Assembly: GCA_031291275.1 (NCBI GenBank)
Contig: JARLJJ010000423.1
Coordinates: forward strand, 10,108-74,107
Direction: 5' to 3'
Source of the DNA: Formivibrio sp.
Lineage (GTDB): Bacteria; Pseudomonadota; Gammaproteobacteria; Burkholderiales; Chitinibacteraceae
DNA length: 64,000 bases
Positions 21,078 to 32,400 of the stretch are shown in pieces. Positions within the stretch are counted from its first letter, which is position 1, and each line of letters starts with the position of its first letter. Below the pieces are notes generated by a model. That model made no database searches and was not told where the DNA came from. It worked only from the letters and a program-made list of their open reading frames with translations. The position numbers were made by a program, and so were the translations under genes.

Positions 21078-21362
21078 ACACCTCTCCTGAATATTTTCGA
21101 CAAGTATCCTGAAAACAGCACATGGAAATTTCCGGGAAAGATCATGTTACCAGTACGACCAGACTGACGCCGTCCCCTGCAGCGCAAACCAGAGGAAAGG
21201 ACAACATCTATCGGGTGGATAAAAACAGACAGGTTAGCCGTGTTGCAGCACGCTATGGCATAAATAATGGGATCAGGAACCAGAAAAATTACCCGAAAGA
21301 AAATGACAGTGTGACAATGCACACCTACTCGTCTGAACCTTATTTAACAGGAGCGCAACAAG

Positions 21363-22397
21363 ATGTCCCTTTCCAAAGCATCCACCGCAGCACTGGCTGT
21401 TCAAGTCATTCTGGTTGCCGTCTGGGCTTACCTGACCAATGGGGTTATGAGCTGGAGCATTGCGGCCGCCGTAGCCGTGCTGGCACTGGCCATTGGCTGG
21501 ATCCAGGCAAAATCTGGCGGGCCGACCGATATTCTGCCCTCGGTACTGACCGGACTGCTTAGCGACAGCCAGCGCGGCCGATTCGATGCTGTGGCCCAGC
21601 AACTTTCCCGCCATCGCGAGCATGAAACACTTGGCAAGTTCGACCAACTCTATACCGACCTCGCCAGCGAACTGGCCAAAATCCGGGATCAAGCCCAGGA
21701 AGCAAAGCAGGCACTCACCGATGCCGGCCATGACAAAACCGATGCCGCCAGTCTGAACAAGCACGACCTGCGCCAGGTTAAAGACGAAATCGGCACATTG
21801 CACCGCTCGCTGGAACAGATCATTTCCTTTACCGACCAGGCTGGCGTACTGGCGCGCCAGGCTGCTGAGCGCGTTGGCATTACCGATACGGCGATCGGCA
21901 TCAGCGCCGCCGAGATCGCTTCGTTGATCGAATACTATCGAAACATCTCGGAAACCTTCAAAAACCTGACAGCACAATCCGAACGGATCGGCCACATCGT
22001 GATCAGCATCCAGGATATTGCCAACCAGACCAACCTGTTGGCGCTGAATGCCGCCATTGAAGCCGCCCGTGCCGGCGAAGCAGGCCGCGGATTTGCCGTC
22101 GTGGCCGATGAAGTGCGCAAACTGGCAGAACGCTCCGCGGTTTCCAGCAAGGAGATCGGCCAGATTGCCGAAGGGCTGCAGACCACCGCGGCAGAGGCTT
22201 CCGGCGGTGTCGCCCAAGCCGGCAGCAGTGCGGAAACCGCATTGAAGCAAACACAGACGGCCATCCAGGCCATGGCAGAAGTCAAAGCCAGTCTGCCAGA
22301 CCGCATTGAAGTGGTGAACAAGGCCAGAGCGCAAATGGACGAGCAACTGACCATTTGCAACAAACTCAACGACGACCTATCAACCCTGCTTTCCTGA
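21363..22397 (+). CDS. Methyl-accepting chemotaxis protein
   Basis: [40 protein letters not shown] signalling hairpin; two N-terminal TM helices. Confidence 0.93.
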   Translation: MSLSKASTAALAVQVILVAVWAYLTNGVMSWSIAAAVAVLALAIGWIQAKSGGPTDILPSVLTGLLSDSQRGRFDAVAQQLSRHREHETLGKFDQLYTDLASELAKIRDQAQEAKQALTDAGHDKTDAASLNKHDLRQVKDEIGTLHRSLEQIISFTDQAGVLARQAAERVGITDTAIGISAAEIASLIEYYRNISETFKNLTAQSERIGHIVISIQDIANQTNLLALNAAIEAARAGEAGRGFAVVADEVRKLAERSAVSSKEIGQIAEGLQTTAAEASGGVAQAGSSAETALKQTQTAIQAMAEVKASLPDRIEVVNKARAQMDEQLTICNKLNDDLSTLLS

Positions 22398-22707
22398 TCA
22401 TCACGGTTGCCTGCCGCAACCTTCATCGCGCCATTATCAGGACATCCGGGTGAGTTTATCCAATTCACTCGCCCGGACCCATCCTGTCAACAATCTCAGC
22501 CTTTTCCTTTCCCTGCCGCACTCGACATTACCTGACGGCACGCATCATAAAACCAGCCCGCCTGTCACAAGCAAAAAAACGTAAAGACCCAACAATAGGG
22601 TCAACCACGATGTCATGCTTCGCGTTATTCCACTGGCAACTCCGCCGCAGGAAGCTTATTGTGCAACAAAGCAAACCCTCTATTTCTCGTCTCACGTCGG
22701 ACTTCCC

Positions 22708-24147
22708 ATGACTCCCAAACTCGCTTGCCTGCCGCTCATACTGATGCTGGCCGGCTGCATTTCGGTCGGGCCGCACTATGAGCAGCCCACCGCCGCGACA
22801 CCTGCCCAATGGAAAAATGCCGCGTTGATTCCTTCCTCAACCAGCGCCAGTACAACGGACCTGGCGCATTGGTGGCAAGCCTTCAACGATCCGGTACTGG
22901 ATCGTCTGATCACCACCACGCTGGCGCAAAACCTGGACCTGAAAAGCGCCCAGGCCAAGCTGCGTGAATCGCGCTCCCGCGCAGCAATGACCGATGCCGC
23001 GCTTTACCCGTCGGTAACCGCCAACGCCGGGGCAAAACGCAGCGAAGCGCATACCGACGCCAATCCCACCAAGAGCTTCAACGCCGGCCTGGATGCCAGC
23101 TGGGAGCTGGATATTTTCGGTGCGAATCGCCGCGCCAGCGAAGCCGCGATTGCCACGGTCAGTGCCACCCAGGCGAGCTTGCACGACACCGAGGTCAGCC
23201 TGATTGCCGAAGTGGCCAATGTGTATATCTCTTTGCGCACACTGGAAGCACGTTATGCCGCGGCACAAAGCAGCCTGGTGAGCCAGCAGGAAACCCTCGA
23301 CCTGACGCGTTGGCGCTGGCAAGCCGGATTGGTGAGCGAGCTGGATTACATCCAGGCCGAAAGCACGCTGGCGCAAACCCGCGCCAAGCTGCCATCGCTC
23401 GATGTGCAACTGGAAAGCGCGCGCAACCAGCTAACGGTGCTCTTGGGCGTACAACCAGCCGCCCTGCCCGATCTGCTGGCCGGCACCGGCCAGATTCCCG
23501 ATTTTTCCAATGTGACCGCCTTGCCCATCCCGCTCGACACCTTGCGCCAGCGACCCGATATCCGCGTCGCCGAGCGCAATCTGGCCGCGCAGACCGCCCA
23601 AGTCGGCGCCGCGGAAGCCGCCCGTTACCCCACGATCGACTTGAGCGGCACCATCGGCCTGCAGTCGGCGCAATTGGGTCAGTTGCTGCGTGCCGATTCA
23701 CTCATCAACAGCCTTGCCGCCAGCCTGACCGCGCCGATCTTCGATGCCGGAAAAATCCGTTCGAACATCGCCGTGCAAAATGCCGTGCTTGATCAAACGA
23801 TGGCGACATATCAAAAAACCGTCTTGCAGGCATTGGCCGATGTGGAAAACGCATTGATGGCCCTGGCAAAAACGGAAGCACGCCGTACCGATTTGCGCGC
23901 CGCCAGCGCTGCGGCGGAAACCGCGCAAACCATGGCACAGCAAAACTATGCCGCAGGACTCACTGACTATCTCACCGTCTTGGATACCCAACGCACACTG
24001 CTTTCCGTTCAGGATTCGCTGCGCAGCGCAGAAGGCGATCGCGCCAGTGCATTGGTCCAGCTCTATAAAGCACTGGGCGGAGGCTGGACTTCCGCCACCG
24101 CCGAGGCAGTAACACTCAATCAAGCCGGAGAAGCTCGACATGACTGA
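22708..24147 (+). CDS. Outer membrane efflux lipoprotein (NodT/OprM family)
   Basis: Lipobox LAGC, VGPHYEQP, WWQAFNDPVLD, SWELDIFG, RQRPDIRVAER, LYKALGGGW. Confidence 0.93.
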   Translation: MTPKLACLPLILMLAGCISVGPHYEQPTAATPAQWKNAALIPSSTSASTTDLAHWWQAFNDPVLDRLITTTLAQNLDLKSAQAKLRESRSRAAMTDAALYPSVTANAGAKRSEAHTDANPTKSFNAGLDASWELDIFGANRRASEAAIATVSATQASLHDTEVSLIAEVANVYISLRTLEARYAAAQSSLVSQQETLDLTRWRWQAGLVSELDYIQAESTLAQTRAKLPSLDVQLESARNQLTVLLGVQPAALPDLLAGTGQIPDFSNVTALPIPLDTLRQRPDIRVAERNLAAQTAQVGAAEAARYPTIDLSGTIGLQSAQLGQLLRADSLINSLAASLTAPIFDAGKIRSNIAVQNAVLDQTMATYQKTVLQALADVENALMALAKTEARRTDLRAASAAAETAQTMAQQNYAAGLTDYLTVLDTQRTLLSVQDSLRSAEGDRASALVQLYKALGGGWTSATAEAVTLNQAGEARHD

Positions 24148-25435
24148 TAAAGATACCGGGGCCGGTCGCCCTTCCTTTCTGCAATATGATCGCCCCGTCA
24201 ACCGGCGCAAATGGCTCTGGCTGGGCGGTGGAGCCATCGTGCTCGGTGCAGTGCTTTGGGGCGGGTTTGCCTGGTTCGGGCAGGACAATTCGGCACCGCG
24301 TTATGTGACCGAAGCCATCAAGCATGGTGATCTGGCGATCAAGGTATCGGCGACCGGCACACTGAATCCAACCAATCAGGTGAGTCTGGGCAGTGAATTA
24401 TCCGGTACCGTGGCGCAGGTGCTGGTCGATTACAACGACAAGGTTAAAAAAGGCCAGGTGCTGGCCATCCTCGACACCACCAAGCTGCGCCAGCAAATTG
24501 CCAAATCACAGGCGGCGCTCCAAGGTGCCCAGGCAACCGCAGAACAAATGCGCGCCACGCTCAACGAGAGCAAAACCAAGCTGACCCGTTATGAAGAGGT
24601 TTCGCGCCTCTCCGGCGGCAAAGTGCCCGCCACGACCGAAATGGATGCGGCACGCGCCGATTACGCCCGCGCACAAGCCAATCTCGCCAGCGCGGAGGCG
24701 GCCATTGCCGAGGCTCGCGCCACCTTGGAATCCAATCAAACCGACCTGACCAAATCGCAGATCCGCTCACCGGTGAATGGCGTGGTGCTCTCGCGTGCCG
24801 TGGATCCCGGCCAGACCGTGGCGGCCTCGCTGCAAGCCGTGACCCTGTTCACCATCGCCGAAGACCTGACCAAGATGGAACTGATTGTCTCTGCGGCGGA
24901 ATCGGATGTGGGCCAGATCAAGGCCGGGCAACGCGCCACTTTCAATGTCGATGCCTATCCGGACAAACAATATCCCGCGTCGATCAAGCTGGTCCGGGTC
25001 GGTTCCAAAACCGTGAGCAATGTGGTGAGCTATGAAACCGTGCTGGAAGTCGGCAATAGTGATTTGTCGTTGCTGCCGGGCATGACCGCAACGGCCGATA
25101 TCCTGGTCGCCGAAAGAAAGAATGTATTGCTGCTGCCCAATGCCGCACTGCGCTTCAAACCGACGACGAAAAACGAAAAATCGAGCAGCAGTGGCAGCAT
25201 CCTGAGCGCTTTATTGCCGCGCCCGCCAGGACGGCAGCGCCCAGCCGCAGCCAGCAGCCCGGCGCACGCCGATGGCAGCAAAGCGCCAGTTACCGTATGG
25301 GCAAATACCCCGGAGGGACCCGTGGCACACAAGGTGCAGCCCGGTTTGAGCGATGGCAAATACACCGAAATTCTCGCCTCCGACCTGAAAGACGGCGACG
25401 AGATCATTACCAACGCTGTGACGGTTAAAAAATGA
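24140..25435 (+). CDS. Efflux periplasmic adaptor (MacA-like)
   Basis: N-terminal TM, VSATGTLNP, GSELSG, IRSPVNGVVL..GQTVAASLQ, LLPGMTA. Confidence 0.9.
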   Translation: MTDKDTGAGRPSFLQYDRPVNRRKWLWLGGGAIVLGAVLWGGFAWFGQDNSAPRYVTEAIKHGDLAIKVSATGTLNPTNQVSLGSELSGTVAQVLVDYNDKVKKGQVLAILDTTKLRQQIAKSQAALQGAQATAEQMRATLNESKTKLTRYEEVSRLSGGKVPATTEMDAARADYARAQANLASAEAAIAEARATLESNQTDLTKSQIRSPVNGVVLSRAVDPGQTVAASLQAVTLFTIAEDLTKMELIVSAAESDVGQIKAGQRATFNVDAYPDKQYPASIKLVRVGSKTVSNVVSYETVLEVGNSDLSLLPGMTATADILVAERKNVLLLPNAALRFKPTTKNEKSSSSGSILSALLPRPPGRQRPAAASSPAHADGSKAPVTVWANTPEGPVAHKVQPGLSDGKYTEILASDLKDGDEIITNAVTVKK

Positions 25436-26151
25436 TGGCAGAAACCACAGCCTCCCCGCTGATCAGCCTGCGCGGCATTACCAAGAGCTACGGCAGCGGC
25501 ACGGCCTCGTTTCTGGCCTTGCGCGGCATTGATCTGGACATCTACCCTGGCGAATTTGTCGCGGTGATGGGGCCAAGCGGTTCCGGAAAATCCACTGCCA
25601 TGAATCTGCTCGGTTGCCTGGATGTCGCCACCAGTGGCGAATATCACTTCCAGGGAGTACAGGTCGAAACCTTGAGCCGGGACGAGCGCGCCTTGCTGCG
25701 TCGGCATTGCTTCGGCTTTGTGTTTCAGGGCTTCAACCTGCTGGCGCGCACATCCGCATTGGAAAACGTGGAGTTGCCGCTGCTTTACCGTGGCATACCG
25801 AGCAAGGAGCGTCACGACAGGGCACGCGCCGCGCTGGCCCAGGTCGGCCTGACCGGATGGGAAACACATACCCCGGGCGAACTTTCCGGCGGACAGCAGC
25901 AGCGCGTGGCCATTGCCCGCGCCATCGCGACCGAACCCTTGCTGCTGCTCGCTGACGAACCCACCGGCAATCTGGATTCGGAACGCAGCCGGGAAATCAT
26001 GGAATTGCTCTTGCATCTGAATACCGACAACGGTATCACCGTCCTGATGGTCACGCACGAGCACGACATGGCCGCCTATGCCCGGCGCGTAGTGCATTTT
26101 GTCGATGGCCTCGTTGCCAGCGACGAATCACAACAAGGAGGCGGCGCATGA
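25432..26151 (+). CDS. ABC transporter ATP-binding subunit (MacB/LolD-like)
   Basis: GPSGSGKST, LSGGQQQRVAIARA, LADEPTGNLD, VTHE. Confidence 0.93.
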   Translation: MMAETTASPLISLRGITKSYGSGTASFLALRGIDLDIYPGEFVAVMGPSGSGKSTAMNLLGCLDVATSGEYHFQGVQVETLSRDERALLRRHCFGFVFQGFNLLARTSALENVELPLLYRGIPSKERHDRARAALAQVGLTGWETHTPGELSGGQQQRVAIARAIATEPLLLLADEPTGNLDSERSREIMELLLHLNTDNGITVLMVTHEHDMAAYARRVVHFVDGLVASDESQQGGGA

Positions 26152-27368
26152 TACTGAATGCTTTCCTTCTTGCCTTGCGCGAGATTCGCCGCAATCTGAT
26201 GCGCGCCTTCCTGACCGTACTCGGCATCGTGATCGGCGTGGCCGCCGTGGTCACCATGGTGACCTTGGGCAACGGCGCTACCCGGATGATCACGGAACAG
26301 GTGGCCAGTCTGGGCAGCAACCTGTTAATCGTGCTCCCCGGTTCACGCATGGGTCCGGGCGGCGGCGGCAATCCCTCGCCCAACTTCCAGGAATCCGATG
26401 TCACGGCGCTACTCGACAATATCAACGGCATCCGCCTGGCCGCGCCCGCGACCAACAGCACGCTGACGGTGCAATACCTGCAGGCCAATCTGACTACGCG
26501 AATCACCGGTTCAACGGCGGATTATTTCGAGATCGGCAACTGGCAACTGGCCAGCGGCCGCATCTTTACCGACGCCGAAGAGCGCTCCGCCCGCGTGCTC
26601 TGCGTGATTGGCGAAACCGTGCGCAAGGAGTTGTTCGGCGCCAATGGCAACCCGCTTGGGGAACGGATTCGTCTGCGCACGCAAGCCTGCGAAGTGATCG
26701 GCGTACTGGCACCCAAGGGGCAATCGGCCATGGGCCAGGATCAGGATGCGGTGGTAGTCATTCCGTACAAAGCCTTCCAGCGCCGGATTGCCGGACGACA
26801 GAGCCAGCAGGGCGTGGGCAGCATCAATGTGTCGTTGCGCGATGGCGTCGATAGCGCACCAGTGGTCGATGACATCACGACGCTGATGCGCGAACGGCGC
26901 AATCTTTCCGCCAACGAAGTCGACAACTTCAGCGTGATCGACACCAAGGAAATTGCCGCCACCCTCTCCAGCACCACCAAGATATTGACCGCCTTGTTGG
27001 GTGCAGTGGCTGCGGTCAGCCTGGTCGTGGGCGGCATCGGCATCATGAACATCATGCTGGTCTCGGTGACCGAGCGCACGCGCGAGATCGGCACGCGACT
27101 GGCGATCGGCGCGCTGGAACGCGAAGTTCTGCTGCAATTCCTGATCGAGGCGGTGGCGCTCTCTTCGTTTGGCGGATTGCTTGGCATTGCCATGGCTTTG
27201 GGATCGTCGATGCTGCTGACCTGGGCTTTGAACATGCCTTACGTCTTCGATGTGCAGATCAATATGCTGGCCTTCTTTGTATCGGCCACCATCGGCGTGG
27301 TATTCGGCTTCGTCCCCGCCCGGCGGGCCGCGCAGTTGAATCCGATCGATGCGCTCCGGCATGAATAA
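26148..27368 (+). CDS. ABC transporter permease (MacB-like)
   Basis: LTVLGIVIGVAAVV, GGIGIMNIMLVSVTERTREIG, PARRAAQLNPIDALRHE. Confidence 0.93.
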   Translation: MILNAFLLALREIRRNLMRAFLTVLGIVIGVAAVVTMVTLGNGATRMITEQVASLGSNLLIVLPGSRMGPGGGGNPSPNFQESDVTALLDNINGIRLAAPATNSTLTVQYLQANLTTRITGSTADYFEIGNWQLASGRIFTDAEERSARVLCVIGETVRKELFGANGNPLGERIRLRTQACEVIGVLAPKGQSAMGQDQDAVVVIPYKAFQRRIAGRQSQQGVGSINVSLRDGVDSAPVVDDITTLMRERRNLSANEVDNFSVIDTKEIAATLSSTTKILTALLGAVAAVSLVVGGIGIMNIMLVSVTERTREIGTRLAIGALEREVLLQFLIEAVALSSFGGLLGIAMALGSSMLLTWALNMPYVFDVQINMLAFFVSATIGVVFGFVPARRAAQLNPIDALRHE

Positions 27369-27410
27369 AGCGTCGTGGGCTACCGGGCTCCACAGCCCCA
27401 CCCCGCCAAG

Positions 27411-27460
27411 TCAGGTTCGGATTGTTCTAGAATTACTATCCGAACCTGATCGAACCTGAT
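27411..27460. repeat. Near-perfect 39-bp palindrome plus 10-bp tandem duplication
   Basis: TCAGGTTCGGAT..TTCTAGAA..ATCCGAACCTGA followed by a second CGAACCTGAT. Confidence 0.6.
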
Positions 27461-27569
27461 CCCTCTAACAAAAGGCAATCGAAAGGGTCAGCATCACCTT
27501 CATTTCGAAATTTTATGGGATGCCGACCCCTTTAGCCGCGTGTTTTTTCCCTTTCACCAAGAGCTCGAC

Positions 27570-28112
27570 ATGGCATTCGATATCCGCACTATCGACACCA
27601 CTTACCCTCGCCCGGCATCGTTGTTCGAGCTGATCCGTGATGTGTACACCACATCGGATCACATGAGCGAATCCTTCTCCGAGAAGTATCATGATGTCTC
27701 TGTACTCACCGCTGAGGTCGCCGATATCACGAACCGGCCCGGTGCCGTTTTTCTCGTTGCAGAAGCGGAAAAGAAACCTTTGGGTTACCTGATTGTGAAA
27801 CCTCGCCATCAAACCAAATTACGGCATACCGCTGATCTGCATATGGGAATTCACAGTTGTGCGCGCGGCCAAGGATTGGGGGGAACGTTGATCGAGAAGG
27901 CTTTGACTCAGCTCGAATTGGCCGGTGGGGTAGAAATCGTCTATTTGATGGTGCGCGCAGATAATCTGTCAGCTATCGCGCTTTATTCACGCATGGGTTT
28001 CGATAGCATAGCCACCCTGAAAAAAGACACGAAAGTGAATGGCGTCTATTTCGACGGCATTTTGATGCGCCGGTTTATCCACCCGCAGAAAGCCCAGACA
28101 GGAGAGCAATGA
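27570..28112 (+). CDS. GNAT-family N-acetyltransferase
   Basis: KLRHTADLHMGIHSCARGQGLGG (acetyl-CoA motif), VRADNLSAIALYSRMGF. Confidence 0.88.
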   Translation: MAFDIRTIDTTYPRPASLFELIRDVYTTSDHMSESFSEKYHDVSVLTAEVADITNRPGAVFLVAEAEKKPLGYLIVKPRHQTKLRHTADLHMGIHSCARGQGLGGTLIEKALTQLELAGGVEIVYLMVRADNLSAIALYSRMGFDSIATLKKDTKVNGVYFDGILMRRFIHPQKAQTGEQ

Positions 28113-28224
28113 TTCGTTTCGGAACCAATCTCTGGTTCATCGCCAGTTCGAGAGATTAACCATCCCGGGCGGCTGTGAATGTCGCATCCGATTGTTCCGC
28201 CAATTTCAAACTCGCAGACACCCA

Positions 28225-29109
28225 TCAGCCCGGCAGGGCCAGATACAGTGCAAACGGCACGAAGATAATGGAAGCAATATTGGCCGTCACCACGATGGCC
28301 GCGACCAGTTCTGGTTCCTGCTTGTAGCGTTCGGCAAGGATATAGTTCATCACTGCGGGTGGCAGGGCGGAATATAGCAACAGCACGCCCTGCATCGGCA
28401 AGGAAAGCGGCAGTATCTTGGTCAGCGGCCAAGCCACGACCAAGCCCGAGAGAGGGCAGAGAATGGCGCCGACAATGCCGACGCTCCAGCGTTCGACCTT
28501 GAAGCTGGCGAAACCCACGCCCAGCGCGAACAGGCCCAACGGAATCGCAGCATCCCCAAGCAACTTGGTGCTCGTCGCAAGCCACTCTGGCAACGAAAGC
28601 CCCATCAGACTCATCGCAACCCCGATAATCATCGCCCAAAGCATCGGACCGCGAAATATGCCTTTCAAGCTGGCCGTCGGATCACAGATACGAATACCGA
28701 CCGTAAAATTAACCAGGCTAAAAATCATGAACAGGGAAACTGCCGCGGGCAGCATTTCCTGACCGAACGCCATCAAGGTCAGAGGCAGTCCCATGTTTGC
28801 GGTATTGGAAAACATCATCGCAGGCACAAATGCACGCGGGTTATAGTGCATCAGGCGCGACACCCACCAGGAAAGCAAACCGGAACTGAGTAGCACCAGT
28901 AGTCCACCACCGATCAGCAGCAGGTAGTCGATGATGTGAAAATCTTTGGAGGCCATTGCAGAAAAGATCAGTAACGGAAACAGCAGGTCTGTACTGAGCC
29001 GGTTGATCCAGGTCATGTCAGGTTTGCGGTATCGTCCATAGAAAAACCCGATGGCGGAGACAATCAGAACAGGGGTGATGATGCCGATGATACGCAGAAC
29101 GAGTTCCAT
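28225..29109 (-). CDS. AEC (auxin efflux carrier / malate permease) family transporter
   Basis: FSNTANMGLPL..AFG, LGDAAIPLGLFALG, LPPAVMNYILAERY. Confidence 0.88.
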   Translation of the reverse strand: MELVLRIIGIITPVLIVSAIGFFYGRYRKPDMTWINRLSTDLLFPLLIFSAMASKDFHIIDYLLLIGGGLLVLLSSGLLSWWVSRLMHYNPRAFVPAMMFSNTANMGLPLTLMAFGQEMLPAAVSLFMIFSLVNFTVGIRICDPTASLKGIFRGPMLWAMIIGVAMSLMGLSLPEWLATSTKLLGDAAIPLGLFALGVGFASFKVERWSVGIVGAILCPLSGLVVAWPLTKILPLSLPMQGVLLLYSALPPAVMNYILAERYKQEPELVAAIVVTANIASIIFVPFALYLALPG

Positions 29110-29268
29110 AGGATTTCTTACTATTTGCCTTATCTGATTATTTCAAAACAGCAATCATTCGCCCTAACTAAAATACCCACGCTTGTCTAGCCCCCCAATA
29201 TTTATCGCATATTGAAGTCAGCTTCCAATCAAGGCCATTGCGCTATCTGATCGACCGGGCAAATTGTA

Positions 29269-29284
29269 ACTGGTCAGACCAAAT
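29269..29284. promoter_or_regulatory. GntR/FadR-subfamily operator-like palindrome
   Basis: acTGGTCAGACCAaat matches TGGT-N3-ACCA, in the divergent region between the AEC gene and gltB copy 2. Confidence 0.55.
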
Positions 29285-29469
29285 CCATCCATGTCGAATA
29301 CACAACAGCACTTCCTTGCACCCAGATTACTTTCTCGAAATCACTTATGCAGTAGTAACAATTTCTTATGCATTGGTATCGCACAGCGGGGAAAGTATAG
29401 GTATATTCCCTGATTCAACTCGGCCGCCATAGACACGGCCCAAGATATTCGGTACAGGAGTGGAATGTA

Positions 29470-32400
29470 ATGCAACAGCCTCAGGGGCTTTACGACCCCG
29501 CCAATGAACATGACGCTTGCGGTGTTGGTTTTGTCGCGCATATCAAGGGCAGCAAAAGCCATGAAATCGTCCAGAATGGTTTGAAAATTCTGGAAAATAT
29601 CGATCACCGCGGTGCTGTAGGCGCTGACCCCTTGATGGGCGATGGCGCGGGTATCCTGATTCAGATTCCGGACCAATTGTTCCGTGAAGAATTGGCGGCG
29701 ACCGGCGTGAAGCTGCCGATCGCTGGCGAATATGGCGTCGGCATGGTCTTTCTGCCCAAGGAAGCGGCCTCCCGCCTTGCTTGCGAGCAGGAAATCGAAC
29801 GTGCCGTTCGGGCCGAAGGCCAAGTTCTCTTGGGCTGGCGCGATGTGCCTGTTGATCACACCATGCCCATGTCGCCGACCGTAAAAACCAAAGAACCGAT
29901 CATTCGCCAGGTCTTTATTGGCCGCGGCCCGGACGTGATGGTAACGGAAGCGCTGGAACGCAAGCTGTACGTGATTCGCAAGACTGCCAGCCATGCCATT
30001 CAAAAGCTGGGACTCAAGCATGGCGGCGAATATTACGTGCCGTCGATGTCGGCCCGCACGATCATCTACAAGGGCTTGCTGCTCGCCACGCAGGTTGGCG
30101 TGTATTACAAGGACCTGGCCGATCCACGCTGTGTTTCCGCACTGGCGCTGGTACACCAACGCTTCTCGACCAACACCTTCCCGGAATGGCCGCTGGCTCA
30201 CCCCTACCGCATGATCGCCCACAATGGCGAAATCAACACGGTGAAGGGCAACTTCAACTGGCTGCGCGCTCGTGAAGGCGTGATGAAATCCGCCGTACTG
30301 GGCAACGATCTGGAAAAGCTCTACCCGCTGGTTTACGACGGCCAATCCGATACCGCCACTTTCGACAACTGCATCGAACTGCTGACGATGGCGGGCTATC
30401 CGCTGGCGCAAGCCGCGATGATGATGATTCCGGAAGCGTGGGAACAGCACGAGTTGATGGACGCCAACCGTCGCGCTTTCTATGAATACCATGCCGCAAT
30501 GATGGAACCATGGGACGGCCCGGCTGCGATTGCCTTCACCGACGGCCGCCAGATCGGTGCCACGCTCGACCGCAACGGCTTGCGCCCTGCCCGCTACATC
30601 GTGACCGATGACGACATCGTTGTCATGGCCTCCGAAGCCGGCGTACTGCCGATCCCGGAAAACAAGATCGTCAAAAAATGGCGTCTGCAGCCGGGCAAGA
30701 TGTTCCTGATCGACATGGAAGCCGGCCGCATTATCGACGACCAGGAACTGAAGAACGCACTGGCCAACGCCAAGCCCTACCGCGAATGGATTTCGCGCAT
30801 CCAGATCAAACTCGATGAAGTCGATGGTCCGGAACCCAAACCGTTGCAACTCGCCAGCCTGCTCGATCGCCAGCAAGCGTTCGGCTACACGCAGGAAGAC
30901 ACCAAGTTCCTGATGACGCCGATGGCGCTCAACGGGGAAGAAGCGATTGGCTCGATGGGCAATGACTCGCCGATGGCGGTCATGTCGGACAAGCTCAAAC
31001 CGCTCTACAACTATTTCCGCCAGTTGTTCGCACAAGTGACCAACCCGCCGATCGACCCGATCCGCGAAGCCCTGGTGATGTCGACCGTCTCGTTCATTGG
31101 CCCCAAGCCTAACCTCTTGGACCTGAACAACATCAACCCGCCGATGCGCCTCGAAGTCAGCCAGCCTATCCTTGATTTCAAGGACATGGCCAAGCTGCGC
31201 TATATCGAGCAATACACCGACAACAAGTTCAAATCGTATGAGCTGAACATCTGCTATCCGGTGATCTGGGGTAATGAAGGGATTGAAGCACGCTTGGCCT
31301 CGCTCTGCGCTGAAGCAGAAGATGCGGTGAAGTCTGGCTACACGATCCTGATCGTGTCTGACCGCAAGATGGATGCGCAAAATGTCGCGATCCCGGCGCT
31401 GCTCGCCACCTCGGCCATCCACCTGCACTTGGTTAAACAAGGACTACGCACCTGTACCGGCTTGGTGGTAGAAACCGGTTCTGCACGCGAAACGCATCAC
31501 TTTGCCCTACTCGCCGGCTATGGCGCAGAAGCGATCCATCCGTACCTCGCCATGGAAACGCTGCGCGAAATCGCCCTTGCTCATGCGAAGATCGATGGCG
31601 ACAAGGCGATCTACAACTACATCAAGGCAGTAGGCAAAGGTTTGAGCAAGGTTATGTCCAAGATGGGCATCTCCACCTATCAGTCCTACTGTGGTGCGCA
31701 GATATTTGAAGCCATCGGCCTGAACCATGATCTGATCAACAAGTACTTCACCGGCACGCCGTCCAACGTGGAAGGCATCGGCATCTTTGAAGTCGCAGAA
31801 GAAGCCGTGCGCCTGCACAAGCAGGCATTCGGCAACGATCCGGTCTTGGCCAATATGCTTGATGCCGGCGGGGAATACGCCTTCCGCATCCGCGGCGAAG
31901 AACACATGTGGACCCCGGACGCGATCGCGAAACTGCAACATTCCACCCGCTCCGGCAATGTTCAGAGCTTCAAGGAATATTCGCAGATCATCAATGATCA
32001 AAGCCGTCGTCACATGACACTGCGCGGTCTGTTTGAATTCAAGCTGGATCCGGCCAAGGCCATTCCGTTGGACGAAGTGGAATCGGCCAAGGAAATCGTC
32101 AAGCGCTTTGCCACTGGCGCGATGTCACTTGGCTCGATCAGTACTGAAGCGCACTCGACACTCGCCATTGCCATGAACCGCATCGGCGGCAAGAGCAATA
32201 CCGGTGAAGGCGGCGAGGACGACAAGCGCTATCGCAACGAGATGAACGGCATTTTCATCAAGAAAGGTGAAACGCTCGCGGGTGTACTCGGCAGTGATGT
32301 GATTGAACGTGACATTGATCTGCAAGCAGGGGATTCGCTGCGCTCCAAGATCAAACAGGTGGCCTCCGGCCGCTTTGGGGTAACTGCAGACTATCTGACT

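Noticed and set aside
21078-21362. c-di-GMP riboswitch upstream of the MCP
   Set aside because: The GEMM-I consensus (GCAAA...GAAA...GACGCAAAG paired stems) is not present.
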